A stretch of DNA of 63,984 bases, filler included, from a bacterium (GCA_040757115.1; 14 parts of 14 records of this genome joined end to end with filler, not necessarily neighbours in it), one strand, 5' to 3'. Numbered from the whole stretch's first letter, positions 18,333-29,776 are shown. Numbers and translations: made by a program. Notes: a model not told the origin generated them from the letters alone.

Positions 18333-18465
18333 TGCTAACCAGTCGTTGCAGTGGACGGCGGGGGACTGTGTCGTGATTGAAAGTTTTGTAGTATCTCAAG
18401 GGGTAATCATGTTTACAAAGTTTAGTGGTAATTCTCCCCGCTGCAGGTGAGCTCAGTCGTTAGCT
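18333..18465 (+). repeat. attC site
   Basis: TGCTAACCAGTCGTTGCAGTGGACGGCG...GCAGGTGAGCTCAGTCGTTAGCT. Confidence 0.88.
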
Positions 18466-18482
18466 TTAAAGAAGAAAAAAGG

Positions 18483-18796
18483 ATGAACAGATAACAAGAA
18501 AAGAAAAGTTTTATAAAGTTATTGAAAGTAACAGAGAATATTTGAAGGCACCTGGAGTTATATCTATTGGTATTTTTGGGTCTGTTGAGAGAGAGAAAGA
18601 TTCAGAACTCAGCGATTATGATATTCTGGTAGAGTTTAGAAAGGGAAAAAAATCTTTTAAGACTTTTACATCTCTATGCGATTTTGTCGAAAATTGTTTA
18701 GGAGAAAACTATGAACTTATTACGAAGGAAAGTCTAAGTCCTTATATTGGACCCCATATATTAAAGGAAATAGAAAATGTCAAATTTGCCCCTTGA
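18483..18796 (+). CDS. MntA-like nucleotidyltransferase antitoxin (the 5' ATG is out of frame, possibly a frameshift)
   Basis: IGIFGSVER..SDYDILVEF..ESLSPYIGPHIL; the frame stays open upstream of TTG 18542, but the ATG at 18483 is in another frame. Confidence 0.7.
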
Positions 18797-18851
18797 ATAT
18801 TTAAAACATATAGTCGAAGAAACAGAATTTATTATAACTGGAGTTTCGTGA
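18777..18851 (+). pseudogene. Truncated HepT/DUF86-like toxin N-terminus
   Basis: MSNLPLEYLKHIVEETEFI.. overlaps the MNT gene end and stops after 24 aa, just before a family D element. Confidence 0.55.
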
Positions 18852-18863
18852 ATTTTCTATGAT

Positions 18864-18987
18864 TCTCCTGAAAATAAGGAAGTAGAGAGTAGAAAGTAGA
18901 AAGTAAAGAAAACATCACTCCTCACGCCTATCTCCTACCACTATTTTCATCGTCATTTGTGAGTCGCAGACTCATGAGCGTTTCTCC
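18864..18987 (-). mobile_element. Family D element (complete unit)
   Basis: ttctcc direct repeats at both ends, internal tgaaaat/attttca inverted pair, tgagtc-gca-gactca hairpin, GTAGAAA/GTAGAGA heptamer payload. Confidence 0.65.
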
Positions 18988-19601
18988 TTTAATCTTTGCG
19001 TTCTTTGCGATTAAAAAAGGAGTAACCGTTCAGGCTATATATCAAAAGTGTAAGAAAGGGGATAAGGAGATAAGGGCGATATGGAGATAAGATAATAGAA
19101 ATAGATTGAAATTTATAGAAATAGGTAGAAATTGATTGTGGGAAACAANNNNNNNNNNNNNNNNNNNNNNNNNNNNNNNNNNNNNNNNNNNNTTAATTAA
19201 TTAANNNNNNNNNNNNNNNNNNNNNNNNNNNNNNNNNNNNNNNNNNNNTGTAAGAAAGGGGATAAGGAGATAAGAGTGATATGGAGATAAGATAATAGAA
19301 ATAGATTGAAATTTATAGAAATAGGTAGAAATTGATTGTGGAAAACAACAAATTTCCATAAATTTCTATTAGTTCTATTAATTTCAATTTTTTTAATAAT
19401 ATCTCCCTATCTCCTTAATCTCCACATCTCCTTTTGTTACACCACTTGAACGCTTACTTATTTTTATCCTACCCGAACCCTTACGATTTTTTTTATTATC
19501 CTGATAATCTGTGCAAATCTGCGTCCCATTAACTTGAAAACCAATTCCGTGCTAATCCGTGTTAATCAATGGCTGAATAGTTACAATTTACGAAACTCCT
19601 G

Positions 19602-20306
19602 TTACACAAATGCCAAAAATAAAAATTTTAAATCTATAACAAAATGAATAAATATCGCACAAATAAGTCCTTTTTTAATAATGATATAACCTAAAATTAT
19701 ATTTACTAAGATAGTTGAAATAATACAAGCAATAGCAATAATTGTCCAGTTAAAATTCAATCCGATGAAAAAAAATGATTTAAGTCCAACGATTGCAAAG
19801 AAAAACGCAATAATAGCATTACTAAAATGGGTATTTTTTATCAATCGGCAAACAAGGGAAATCATTCCAAATCTAATTGTTTCAATAAAAAAAGCAGAGT
19901 TTGCCGGAATAGATAATGCCCAAAAGGGATTTGTCGGATAATAATTCGGGGCAATTGTTTTAAATTGACGGTCAAAAAAAACATAGGAAATTATTCCAAT
20001 AACTATACTTATGCCCACTAATTTCAACCAAATTCTTTTAATATCTAAAAATGAACCCAATCCATATAACCCATATTTTTGACTCCAGGCAAAACCACAT
20101 AATCCACACAGGAAAGTCGCAATAAATATATACCACACATCCTGTATCATCAAATAAGGAAGGTGTTTAGGAAGAAAATTCTTTAATATTATCTCCCGCA
20201 TCCCAATGAAATACATATAATAAAGGTAAGGTAAAGAGGTAATTACGCACACCTCAGATAAAATTAATGATTTACCTGCCCTTTCACGATTAAATAAATT
20301 TCTCAT
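19602..20306 (-). CDS. Integral membrane protein, CPBP/CAAX protease-like
   Basis: Many hydrophobic helices; degenerate (E)ExxxR-like FIETIRFG; C-terminal HFVID. Confidence 0.5.
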   Translation of the reverse strand: MRNLFNRERAGKSLILSEVCVITSLPYLYYMYFIGMREIILKNFLPKHLPYLMIQDVWYIFIATFLCGLCGFAWSQKYGLYGLGSFLDIKRIWLKLVGISIVIGIISYVFFDRQFKTIAPNYYPTNPFWALSIPANSAFFIETIRFGMISLVCRLIKNTHFSNAIIAFFFAIVGLKSFFFIGLNFNWTIIAIACIISTILVNIILGYIIIKKGLICAIFIHFVIDLKFLFLAFV

Positions 20307-20330
20307 TTTTCCAGTCTCTAATTTCTGTTT

Positions 20331-20657
20331 TTAAAATTCTATTTCCATTATGGCTATTCCCAACCCCCAGCCTATTCCATCAGCGAGTAAGTCCTCATGG
20401 TCAAAGACATCATCCATTTCTTCTTTGATGATACCAGCGGCCGCGGTGGCTAAACTCGCATAGCAAAATGAAGAAAACTTACTTAAACCTCGATTTTCGC
20501 AACAAAGATAAGTAGCATCATAGATTACAGCACTGACAACGATATGAGCAATCTTATCTTTCTCTAATTTAAATTTCGCCTCTGATACTCTTACGAAATT
20601 AGTCATCAAAAACCCTATAAGTAACAAAACAATAGGTATTTTTTTAATTTGACACAT
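20331..20657 (-). CDS. YfiM/DUF2279-like small membrane protein
   Basis: DKIAH...GIIKE..D...DLLADGIG; ORF track joined it to the upstream gene through the N gap. Confidence 0.6.
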   Translation of the reverse strand: MCQIKKIPIVLLLIGFLMTNFVRVSEAKFKLEKDKIAHIVVSAVIYDATYLCCENRGLSKFSSFCYASLATAAAGIIKEEMDDVFDHEDLLADGIGWGLGIAIMEIEF

Positions 20658-20761
20658 TTCCNNNNNNNNNNNNNNNNNNNNNNNNNNNNNNNNNNNNNNN
20701 NNNNNNNNNNNNNNNNNNNNNNNNNNNNNNNNNNNNNNNNNNNNNNNNNNNNNNNNNNNNN

Positions 20762-22169
20762 TTTCATTACAGAATTTAATATTTGCATTTGAAGAAATTG
20801 GTTGAAGTTCCGTATTAAGCCAGGTATGAAGATATACCTTTAGATAAATTCTATATCGATGTCCTGTAGTAAGTATATATCCTGTCTGAAAATCAAATTG
20901 CCCGGTCAAATCACCTCCAGAAGGTTTAATCCAGGTCCAATCATTAGCTGGTGGAATTATATAAGAAGGCAGGGTTGCTGAAGTAGTTAAATCAATTGCC
21001 TCCAGAGATAGTCTAACCTCACCACCAGCAGGTAAATCTATAAGATACTGTCCATTATAGCTACCTTTTATTCTAATAACAACCGGATAATTTCCGACCA
21101 TCTCATCGATTAAATTAATCTCAACCCCTAAATTTCCATAGGCATACACATCTCCTACCCCTTCTCCGGGCACCCCAACACCTATAAAAATACATTTATT
21201 TTCTTTATCAACTTGCACATATTCATAACTATTAGTTAATTGTCCGCTATGCCATGATTTGAATTCACTATAATTTGGTTGATTCAATTGTTTTGTAGTT
21301 CCAGGCTCGTAATTGATATTCACGACAGAAGGTTCCTTAAATTCAGAAGCCGTATTTTTTTCTACAAAAGATAATACTGGTGGAGATGAAGCGGACTTAT
21401 CTTCAGTTGAACCCAGGGCTATCCATTGAACATCTGAATTTGAAACAGGTTTGTTTTTATGGTCATAAAGAGATATTGTAAATCCTGTTTTACTATTGTT
21501 AGTTGCACAGACATTAATTGCTTTGCCATCTTTTTGTCCGGTAGCAAGTATAATTGGAGGATTAGAAAATGGGATGTTAAATTTGATAAATTGATTATTA
21601 TCATATTTACCTACCTGTCCTTGAATATTACCATTTGAAAGAGGAGCAATCGCAATCCAATGGACAATAGCATCCTTTTCTGGGGCAAAACGATTATAGA
21701 GTTTAATATGAAATCCTCTTTTTTCTACTTTCTCAACATAGGTATTGATAGCAAATTGTCCCTTTCGAGCAGAGGCGATAACAATCGGCGGGGTTGAAAA
21801 AGATTGTGTAAAATTAATATATTCCCCATTATTATAAATACCAGAGCCTGCTTGAATATCTTTATTATTTCCCAATCCTGCCGCAAGCCATTGAACACAG
21901 GCATCTGACACTTTATTACCTTCGTAATCCAGTATAGATAGTTTAAATCTGTTCTTTTTACTTGATATAGAAGCGACTCGTAAAGCAACACCTTTTTTAG
22001 AAGCCGAAGTAATAATAACCGGATGTTTAGAAAAGGATTGTTCAAAATTGACATAATCTCCATTACTATACCTTCCTGTTCCTGATTGAATTTCTATACT
22101 GACAGATATTCCTCTAAATAAAACTAAAAAGATAAATATCCATCCTGATATTTTTAATCTTTTATTCAT
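20762..22169 (-). CDS. Secreted protein with three H-type lectin-like repeats (3' end in gap)
   Basis: Signal peptide; three ~75-aa units of Q.G.G.Y.N...F...FS.PP.I....F.I....V.W.A. Confidence 0.6.
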
Positions 22170-22288
22170 AATATTAAATTATATCAGATATATCTCTTTT
22201 TTGTCAACAATATATTTAATTGAACCTGTGATTCAGACACTGGACATCAGACATAAGACTATAGACTCTATTTATGCAGGAAATTAGG

Positions 22289-22487
22289 GTGGTGTCTGAA
22301 AATAACGCTAATAGTGAAATCTATACAGATTTGGTGTCCAAAAGGGGATAAGGAGATAAAGGGAGATATGGAGATTATTTATTGTAATTTGCAAAATTTT
22401 AGAATGAATTTATCTCCTAATCTCCATAATCCCCATATCTCCTTTTCTTACACTATTTCAACCTTTATGCTAGATTAAGACACCACC
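22289..22487. mobile_element. MITE, family E (TIR GGTGGTGTCT...AGACACCACC)
   Basis: 10-bp TIR, internal ggagata/tatctcc inverted arrays; same ends at 32689 and 37131. Confidence 0.6.
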
Positions 22488-22628
22488 GAAAAACGCGAAA
22501 AACACGAAAAAAAGATATTTTCCTCTCTGTTTCTCTGCGTCTCTGCGGTTAGAAATTTCTGAAATCCTCTGATTTTTCTTGCATTTTGTTATTTTTTGTG
22601 TTATAATTTTTTTCTGAAAGGGTAGGGG

Positions 22629-23360
22629 ATGAACAGGGAAATTTTAGAGGTTAAAGAATTTTTTAATAGATTAGCTTCCTACTATGACTTGATTTATAAT
22701 GAACAATTTAAGGAAAAAACTAAAGGAGAAATTACCTTTCTCCAAAATTTCCTGCCTAAAAAAGGTAAAATATTAGATATTGCCTGTGGAACTGGAAGAC
22801 ACCTCCTACCACTAAAAATGCTTGGTTATGAGGTAATTGGAATTGACTTATCAAAGAATATGCTTCAAATTCCAAGAAATAAGATTAAAAACTTAAAGTT
22901 CAATATTAAACTTATACAAGGAGATATGAGATTTCTTCCTTTACAAAATCAATCCATCGTTGGGGTAATCTGTTTGTTTTCATCTTTTTGTCATTTACTT
23001 ACTTTAGATAACCAGAAAAAAACGGTCAATGAAATTTATCGAATTTTAAAAAATAATGGGGTAGTGATAATTGATGTGGCGAATTGGTATTGGTTAAAAA
23101 AACAATGGCAGAAAAAAGGGGAAAAGATTGGAATAATCCCTGGGACTCAAAAGATTACCGTTCATCTGGAAAATAGATACATTGATAATCCTTTAAGAAC
23201 AAAATTATGTCATTACACAAAAGAAGATTTAAGAAGATTATTTAGCATTTTCCCCAGGGTAGATTTTTATGGTAGTTTTTCATTAAATGCTAAATTTAAC
23301 AGTCAAAGTTCCAGAATTATTATGGTGGCTAAGAAAAAGCAATTAGAATACAAGGTATGA
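22629..23360 (+). CDS. Class I SAM-dependent methyltransferase
   Basis: ILDIACGTGRH, GIDLSKNML, QGDMR. Confidence 0.9.
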   Translation: MNREILEVKEFFNRLASYYDLIYNEQFKEKTKGEITFLQNFLPKKGKILDIACGTGRHLLPLKMLGYEVIGIDLSKNMLQIPRNKIKNLKFNIKLIQGDMRFLPLQNQSIVGVICLFSSFCHLLTLDNQKKTVNEIYRILKNNGVVIIDVANWYWLKKQWQKKGEKIGIIPGTQKITVHLENRYIDNPLRTKLCHYTKEDLRRLFSIFPRVDFYGSFSLNAKFNSQSSRIIMVAKKKQLEYKV

Positions 23361-24106
23361 AGTTTAGAAGTTATGAAATTTAGAAGTTCAGAATTTACAA
23401 TTCAGAATAACTTCCGATAATATATCTTATGTAAACTTGCAGGATGGTATCGAAATTTTGCAGGAAAAAATATCCGTAGATTTCGCAGATATGAAATTCT
23501 TAAAAAAACCGGTGCGAAATATTCCACAAGAAGTTTAATACAAATATCAAAATGTCAAAATCAAAAGGACACGACCCACTCTGTGGGTGCCCCGAATGCA
23601 AAAATACTTGTAAGGCAACAAAAAAGATCAAATATTAAATATTAAAAATCAAAAATAAGAATAAAAGAATTCCTTAATTTTGATATTTGCTCTTTGATTT
23701 TTGATATGATATTTGATATGTCATTTTGCATTTTAATATTTAATTTTCTATTACNNNNNNNNNNNNNNNNNNNNNNNNNNNNNNNNNNNNNNNNNNNNTT
23801 AATTAATTAANNNNNNNNNNNNNNNNNNNNNNNNNNNNNNNNNNNNNNNNNNNNTTACTCATATTGTTTGGAATTTTGAATTTTGGTCATTGGAATTTAT
23901 TTGTATTTTGGAATTTGTGATTTGGAATTTTGCCACTCACTCCGCTCTCCTGCAATCTCTAATCTCCCGTTTATAGTTTATTCTTGCTTACCTCATCTTG
24001 TTACCCAACTTGTGGGTAAGGATTAAATCCCCGCCAGCGGGGGACAACGGCCAATCAATCACTTGAATGGCGACAGAGCACTAGATATTCTTCCCTCACT
24101 ACTTTC

Positions 24107-24547
24107 TTAAATTCCCAGGTCTAAATTTTCGACATTTTCTTCATAAGTTTGCGAGATAGATTTGTAATGTTCTGTCCAGACATCCTTATCCCATATCTCC
24201 ATTTTTTCTATAAGTCCAATAATAATTATTTCTTTGGTTAAATTAGCCAGCTGGCGAAGTTTTGGAGGAATATTAAGCCTTCCTTGCTCATCTATTGAAC
24301 ATTCCATAGCATCTGCACAAAATTTACGAATAAAATTCCGCACCTCTTTCTTGCCCGTAGGTATTTCTTTAATCTTTTCTAATGTCTTAAACCATTCATC
24401 CGGAGGATAAGCCGATAAACAATTTCCCACTCCAGAAGTAATAATTATCTTCTTTATTCCCTTTTCCTCCAGGACCCGCCGATATGAAGCCGGCATAATC
24501 ACCCGACCTTTTTCATCTATGGTATGAGAATATTCCCCGACGAACAT
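24107..24547 (-). CDS. mraZ: Division/cell wall cluster transcriptional repressor MraZ
   Basis: MFVGEYSHTIDEKGR, second DEQGR motif, EIWD. Confidence 0.95.
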   Translation of the reverse strand: MFVGEYSHTIDEKGRVIMPASYRRVLEEKGIKKIIITSGVGNCLSAYPPDEWFKTLEKIKEIPTGKKEVRNFIRKFCADAMECSIDEQGRLNIPPKLRQLANLTKEIIIIGLIEKMEIWDKDVWTEHYKSISQTYEENVENLDLGI

Positions 24548-24586
24548 TTTCCCATTTTCCTCCACTTTGCTCCAATGTTTTACTAT
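24548..24586 (-). promoter_or_regulatory. MraZ-binding direct repeats
   Basis: TTGGAGCAAA GTGGAGGAAA ATGGGAAA at 10-bp period immediately before the mraZ ATG. Confidence 0.7.
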
Positions 24587-24745
24587 TTTATACCTACGCG
24601 TATATTTTTGTCAAGTATTTTTTTAAAATTTTTTTAATTTTTTTTAGCACCATAAAATAATGTGTATCCAAAGTTAATCTCCTACAATATCCAGTGGTTA
24701 TGTAAAGAGAAAAATGGGGTTTGATGGAAAAGTGTAAATTTTTAA

Positions 24746-24775
24746 TTGACATTTTAGTTATAAATGGGATATAAT
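24746..24775 (+). promoter_or_regulatory. Sigma70 promoter upstream of aroA
   Basis: TTGACA-18 bp-TATAAT. Confidence 0.65.
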
Positions 24776-24781
24776 ACAATA

Positions 24782-25003
24782 GTAACCGTTCAGGTATAGA
24801 TAAAAATATGTTCCTATAACTCAAATCTCAAAACGCAAAGCTCAAAACTACAATTTAAAACTAAAGACTAAAAACATCTCCATCAGTCACAATAAATCTC
24901 AATGAATCTATTAGTTTTAAGGTTTTGAGATGAGGTTTTGAGTTTTGACATTTGAGTTTTGAGTTAATATTGTATAGTCTAATGGACACGGCTGAACGGT
25001 TAC
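24782..25003. mobile_element. MITE, family A, with inverted heptamer arrays
   Basis: Perfect 12-bp TIR; flanks atacaata / atacagta (8-bp TSD, 1 mismatch). Confidence 0.8.
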
Positions 25004-25049
25004 ATACAGTAAAGAATGAACTGTAACCACTTTCACTGACTGAGGATTT

Positions 25050-26357
25050 ATGAGATATTTAGAAATTACACCGACAAATAAATTAAGAGGAACAATTACC
25101 GTTGCGGGAGACAAGTCTATTTCCCATCGGGCAGTGATGCTTGGTGCTCTGGCTCAAGGCAAGACTACGGTTGAAGGTTTTTTGTTAGGAGAGGATTGCT
25201 TAAATACCATTAAGGCATTTCAATCACTCGGCATAGAGATAGAAAGAGATAATACCTGTTTAACTATTTTTGGTCAGGGACTAAATGGTTTACAAAAACC
25301 CGGTGGGTTAATTGATGTTGGTAATTCAGGGACAACAATGAGATTACTCCTGGGGGTATTGGCAGGGCAGAGATTTGATAGTTGTTTGACTGGTGATGAA
25401 TCGATAAAAAGGCGGCCGATGCGTCGTGTGATTGAGCCACTGTCACAAATGGGAGCAAAAATTGAAGCAAAAGAAGGCAATTTTGCACCACTGACAATTT
25501 TTGGGAATCCTGGCCTTAAGCCAATTCGGTATCTTTTACCTGTTGCCTCGGCTCAGGTAAAATCTGCTATTTTGTTAGCCGGGCTTTTTACCGACGGCGT
25601 TACGACGGTCATAGAACCAATGTCTTCACGCGACCATACCGAGCGGATGTTAAATTTCTTTGGGGCACAAATTATAAAAGATGATTTCAGTATTTCTATT
25701 ACAGGTAATGTTCCGTTAAGAGGCGGAAGGCAGATTAAAATACCAGGTGATATTTCCTCAGCGGCATTTTTTATCGTTGCGGCTTGCTTAGTTAAAGATG
25801 CAAAGATAAGACTTTTGAATGTTGGCGTTAATCCTACTCGAATAGGGATAATCGATGTCTTGAAAAAAATGGGCGCTAATATCACCATTGAAAATCAACA
25901 ACTGGTCTGTGGTGAACCTGTAGCAAATATTCTTATTAAATCAAGTCCCTTGAGAGCCACTTCAATTGCCGGAGCAATGATTCCAAAATTAATTGATGAA
26001 CTCCCTATTCTAAGTGTCGCAAGTTGTTTAGCCACTGGTAGAACTGAAATTCGGGAGGCAAAAGAATTACGAGTCAAAGAAACAGACCGAATAAAATCTA
26101 TGACCACTGAATTAAATAAAATGGGAGCAAAGGTTATTGAGGTAGAAGATGGACTAATCATTGAGGGTGTCCAGAGACTCACTGGAGCAGAGGTAGAATC
26201 TTATGGTGACCATCGCACCGCAATGTCCTTAGCCATCGCCGGCTTAGTTGCTCATGGTAAAACTAAAATCAATAATATAGATTGTATCCAGACATCATTT
26301 CCGGAATTTGAGCAGATATTGAACCTGTGGGTTCAGACCTCGAAAGCAGAATTATAA
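25050..26357 (+). CDS. aroA: 3-phosphoshikimate 1-carboxyvinyltransferase
   Basis: GDKSISHRA, GNSGTT, SAQVKS, RDHTE, RVKETDR, DHRTAM. Confidence 0.97.
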   Translation: MRYLEITPTNKLRGTITVAGDKSISHRAVMLGALAQGKTTVEGFLLGEDCLNTIKAFQSLGIEIERDNTCLTIFGQGLNGLQKPGGLIDVGNSGTTMRLLLGVLAGQRFDSCLTGDESIKRRPMRRVIEPLSQMGAKIEAKEGNFAPLTIFGNPGLKPIRYLLPVASAQVKSAILLAGLFTDGVTTVIEPMSSRDHTERMLNFFGAQIIKDDFSISITGNVPLRGGRQIKIPGDISSAAFFIVAACLVKDAKIRLLNVGVNPTRIGIIDVLKKMGANITIENQQLVCGEPVANILIKSSPLRATSIAGAMIPKLIDELPILSVASCLATGRTEIREAKELRVKETDRIKSMTTELNKMGAKVIEVEDGLIIEGVQRLTGAEVESYGDHRTAMSLAIAGLVAHGKTKINNIDCIQTSFPEFEQILNLWVQTSKAEL

Positions 26358-26672
26358 GGGAAAAGGGAAAAAACAGGGAAAAATGGGAAAAGAAAAAATG
26401 GAATCACTTTTACCCTTTTCCCCAGTTTTCCATTTTCCCTTTATTACACACTGTTCACTTACAAAATCTTAATTTATGCCGTTGTTGAGTATAGTAGAGA
26501 AAAATGGCTGGATTTATATCATTCGATTTAAGGAAGGTAGTATCCCCAGTGTTTATAAGGAATTTCAGAATTTGCTCCAGATTAGTCCGGAAAATAAAAG
26601 GTACCTATCAACTATCAACCATCAACCATCAACGATTGTCAGGTAATTCTTCCTGAAAACTAAAAATTTAAC

Positions 26673-26701
26673 TTGACTTATAAAATAGATTATTGTATAC
26701 T
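26673..26701 (+). promoter_or_regulatory. Sigma70 promoter of hom
   Basis: TTGACT-17 bp-TATACT. Confidence 0.6.
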
Positions 26702-26737
26702 GGGCTTAAAATGTTTCAGATTTGAGAAGGAAGGAAA

Positions 26738-28024
26738 ATGAAAAAGAAACAAATACATATTGGTCTATTAGGATTTGGAACTGTTGGAAGTGGTGTTATT
26801 AAAATTCTCCAAGAAAAGGCAGAATTGTTTGAAGAACAATTAGGATTAAAACTAATTTTAAAAAAAATTGTAGATAAGGATATTACCACTAAAAGAGATG
26901 TCGAGGTTAATCCCTCTATTTTGAGCACAAATCTTGAGGATATATTAAAAGACCCGGAGATTGATATAGTCATTGAGCTAATTGGTGGCTATGAACCAGC
27001 AAGGACTTTTATTTTGACAGCATTACAAGAGGGGAAAAATGTCGTCACGGCTAATAAAGCCCTTTTAGCTAAATATTGGGAGGAGCTATTTTTAGCCTCA
27101 AATAAATATAGCGCCAGCATAGGTTTTGAGGCATCTGTGGGAAGTGGCATACCACTTATCTTATCTATTCGGCAGGGATTGATTGCTAATAAAATTACAT
27201 CAATTTTTGGAATTATCAATGGTACCTGTAATTATATCCTGAACAAAATGGCACAAGAAGATAAGGAATTCAATCAAGCACTAAAAGAGGCAAAAAATGC
27301 AGGGTATGCTGAAACAGACCCTACTTTAGATATAGAAGGAAAAGATACATCACATAAATTAGCTATCCTGACTTCACTCGCTTTTGGTCAGTGGATAGGT
27401 GATGAAAATATCTACACAGAAGGTATCACCAGAATTACTAAAAAAGATATTCTTTATGCCCGGGAATTAGGCTATGCTATCAAATTGTTAGGCATTGCCA
27501 AGATAGTCCAGGATAAAATAGAGGTGCGAACACATCCCACGATGATTCCTGAAAAACATTTATTATCTGATGTAAATGGGGTATATAACGCCATTTATAT
27601 TGAAGGAGATTTGACCGGTCCCCTTATCTTTTATGGTCAAGGAGCTGGTAAGTTGCCAACCTCATCTGCAATCATAAGTGACCTCATAAATATAATTCGC
27701 GGCTCAAATAATAAAGGGGATATTTACTCAATTCCAAACCATAAATTGGAAATAAAGGCTATGGAGGAGGTGAAATCAAAATATTATATAAGATTTTCCG
27801 CACTTGATAGACCAGGGGTATTAGCGGCTATATCAGGCATTTTGGGCGAGTATCGAATTAGCATTGCCTCTGTCATTCAAAAAGAACGAGGCGATGTTGT
27901 TTCAATTATTATGCTTACACATGAGGCAAAAGAAGGGGATATGAAAAACGCCATTAAAAGGATTGATAAACTAAATACAATTAAAGGGAAAAGTTTGATT
28001 ATTCGAGTTGAGGAAATGGAGTAA
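26738..28024 (+). CDS. hom: Homoserine dehydrogenase with C-terminal ACT domain
   Basis: GFGTVG, VTANKA, GIINGT, GYAETDP, GQGAG, DRPGVLA. Confidence 0.96.
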   Translation: MKKKQIHIGLLGFGTVGSGVIKILQEKAELFEEQLGLKLILKKIVDKDITTKRDVEVNPSILSTNLEDILKDPEIDIVIELIGGYEPARTFILTALQEGKNVVTANKALLAKYWEELFLASNKYSASIGFEASVGSGIPLILSIRQGLIANKITSIFGIINGTCNYILNKMAQEDKEFNQALKEAKNAGYAETDPTLDIEGKDTSHKLAILTSLAFGQWIGDENIYTEGITRITKKDILYARELGYAIKLLGIAKIVQDKIEVRTHPTMIPEKHLLSDVNGVYNAIYIEGDLTGPLIFYGQGAGKLPTSSAIISDLINIIRGSNNKGDIYSIPNHKLEIKAMEEVKSKYYIRFSALDRPGVLAAISGILGEYRISIASVIQKERGDVVSIIMLTHEAKEGDMKNAIKRIDKLNTIKGKSLIIRVEEME

Positions 28025-28393
28025 GGAGTTTTGGATTTTTTCCAATCCGCAATCCAAAATCGTAACCGTTCAGGTGGTAATTTACCGCAGAGACGCAAGA
28101 GTTCGCAGAGACATAGAAATAAATTGTACCTGTTTAGCGTGGTCAGAGAGCACAAATGAATGGTAGTGACTTAGTGCGAAACCACTTCAAACACAACAAG
28201 TTGTGTAATACAAAATCAAAAATTAAATATTAAAATGCAAAATGACATATCAAATATCATATCAAAAATCAAAGAGCAAATATCAAAATTAAGNNNNNNN
28301 NNNNNNNNNNNNNNNNNNNNNNNNNNNNNNNNNNNNNTTAATTAATTAANNNNNNNNNNNNNNNNNNNNNNNNNNNNNNNNNNNNNNNNNNNN

Positions 28394-28790
28394 TATAAAA
28401 ACATCAAGAAACACTAAGGGAATAACTATAGAAATACAATATAAAAAATTAATTTTATCCTGTTCATCTGCGAAAATCTGCGTCCTAATTTACATTTTCA
28501 GGAGAAAGGGTCATGAGTCTGCGGCTCACAAAGGGGGATGAAAATAATGGAAGAACAACCCCCTAACCCCCTTTATTAAGGGGGAATATCTCTTCTACAC
28601 CAGAGGATACGAGTCTGTGGATACTATACTAATTCGCTAATCTCTAATTCACTAATTCGCTATTTTCAGGGGAAAATAGTAGGTAGGAGATAGAAGGTGG
28701 GAGGTAAGGAGATAGGCGTAAGGAGTGATGTTTTCTTTACTTTCTACTCTCTACTCTCTACTCTCTACTCTCTACTTCCTACTTTCAGGT
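28394..28790 (+). mobile_element. Tandem of three family D units
   Basis: Full junction at 28494-28545, reduced junction at 28662-28677; each unit has a different repeat payload. Confidence 0.6.
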
Positions 28791-29766
28791 GAAAGTGTTT
28801 AAGTCCATCTTAAATAAAAATAAATACATAGATAGCTGGTTCTGGGATAGATACACTATTAATTCATATAATGGTTGTCAGTTTGGCTGTGTTTATTGTG
28901 ATGCCAGAAGTGAAAAATATCATCTGCCAACAGATTTTGAGAATGATATTGTTGTCAAAAAAGATGCCGCTCTAATGCTTGATAAAAGGTTGACTAATGC
29001 AAGAACCTTATTGCCTGATGTGGTCGCACTATCAGGCACAAGCGACCCCTATCAACCAATAGAGGCAAAATTCAAGAATACAAGGCAATGTTTAGAGGTT
29101 TTAAAGAAACATAAGTATCCTGTTCATATCATCACGAAATCAAGATTAGTTTTGCGAGATTTAGATTTGTTAGAGGAAATTGGCAAACAGACCACCTGGT
29201 GCACTATCTCTATCACGATTACCACAACAAATTCTGAGATAGCAAGATTTCTTGAAAAAAGAGCCCCTCTGCCTCAAATAAGATTTGCCATGATAAAAAC
29301 AATAAAAGAAAAAACAGAAAATATCCAGGCTGGCGTTTTATTTATTCCTGTGGTTCCCTATCTTTGCGATTCGGATGAAATTTTAGAGGAAATGGTAAAA
29401 AAGAGTAAAGAGGTGGGGGCAGATTATATCCTTATTGCTGGTGGAATGACTATGCGTGATTTGCAAGCAAAATGGTTTTTGAAACACCTCAAAGAGCGAT
29501 ACCCCGAACTTATTGAAAGATACGAAGAACTCTACAATTTTAAATACAACCCAGATTTTTATGATGGTGACTATGAACCAACAAAAGACTATATTATAAA
29601 CCTTCATAAAAAGATATTTGCCTTATGCGAGAAATACAAAATAGCTTATAGAATAAAGCGGTTTATCCCACAGGATTTCAGGAAGAAAAGCTATCTGGTC
29701 GCAGAAAATCTTTTAAATGATGCTTATCATCGGCAGGTATGTGGTTGTAATTACAATCTTTTTTGA
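28789..29766 (+). CDS. Radical SAM protein (SPL/Rv2578c-like)
   Basis: GCQFGCVYC, SDPYQPIE, ITKS; the GTG start lies at the element boundary, so the native N-terminus may be lost. Confidence 0.85.
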   Translation: MKVFKSILNKNKYIDSWFWDRYTINSYNGCQFGCVYCDARSEKYHLPTDFENDIVVKKDAALMLDKRLTNARTLLPDVVALSGTSDPYQPIEAKFKNTRQCLEVLKKHKYPVHIITKSRLVLRDLDLLEEIGKQTTWCTISITITTTNSEIARFLEKRAPLPQIRFAMIKTIKEKTENIQAGVLFIPVVPYLCDSDEILEEMVKKSKEVGADYILIAGGMTMRDLQAKWFLKHLKERYPELIERYEELYNFKYNPDFYDGDYEPTKDYIINLHKKIFALCEKYKIAYRIKRFIPQDFRKKSYLVAENLLNDAYHRQVCGCNYNLF

Positions 29767-29776
29767 ATGGGTAGGT

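Noticed and set aside
20331-22169. 612-aa lectin-membrane fusion protein
   Set aside because: The ORF reads through a 100-N gap; the part after it has its own ATG and N-terminal hydrophobic segment
23855-24106. mraZ uncoupled from rsmH and the dcw cluster
   Set aside because: The contig ends in repeats 250 bp downstream, so linkage cannot be judged
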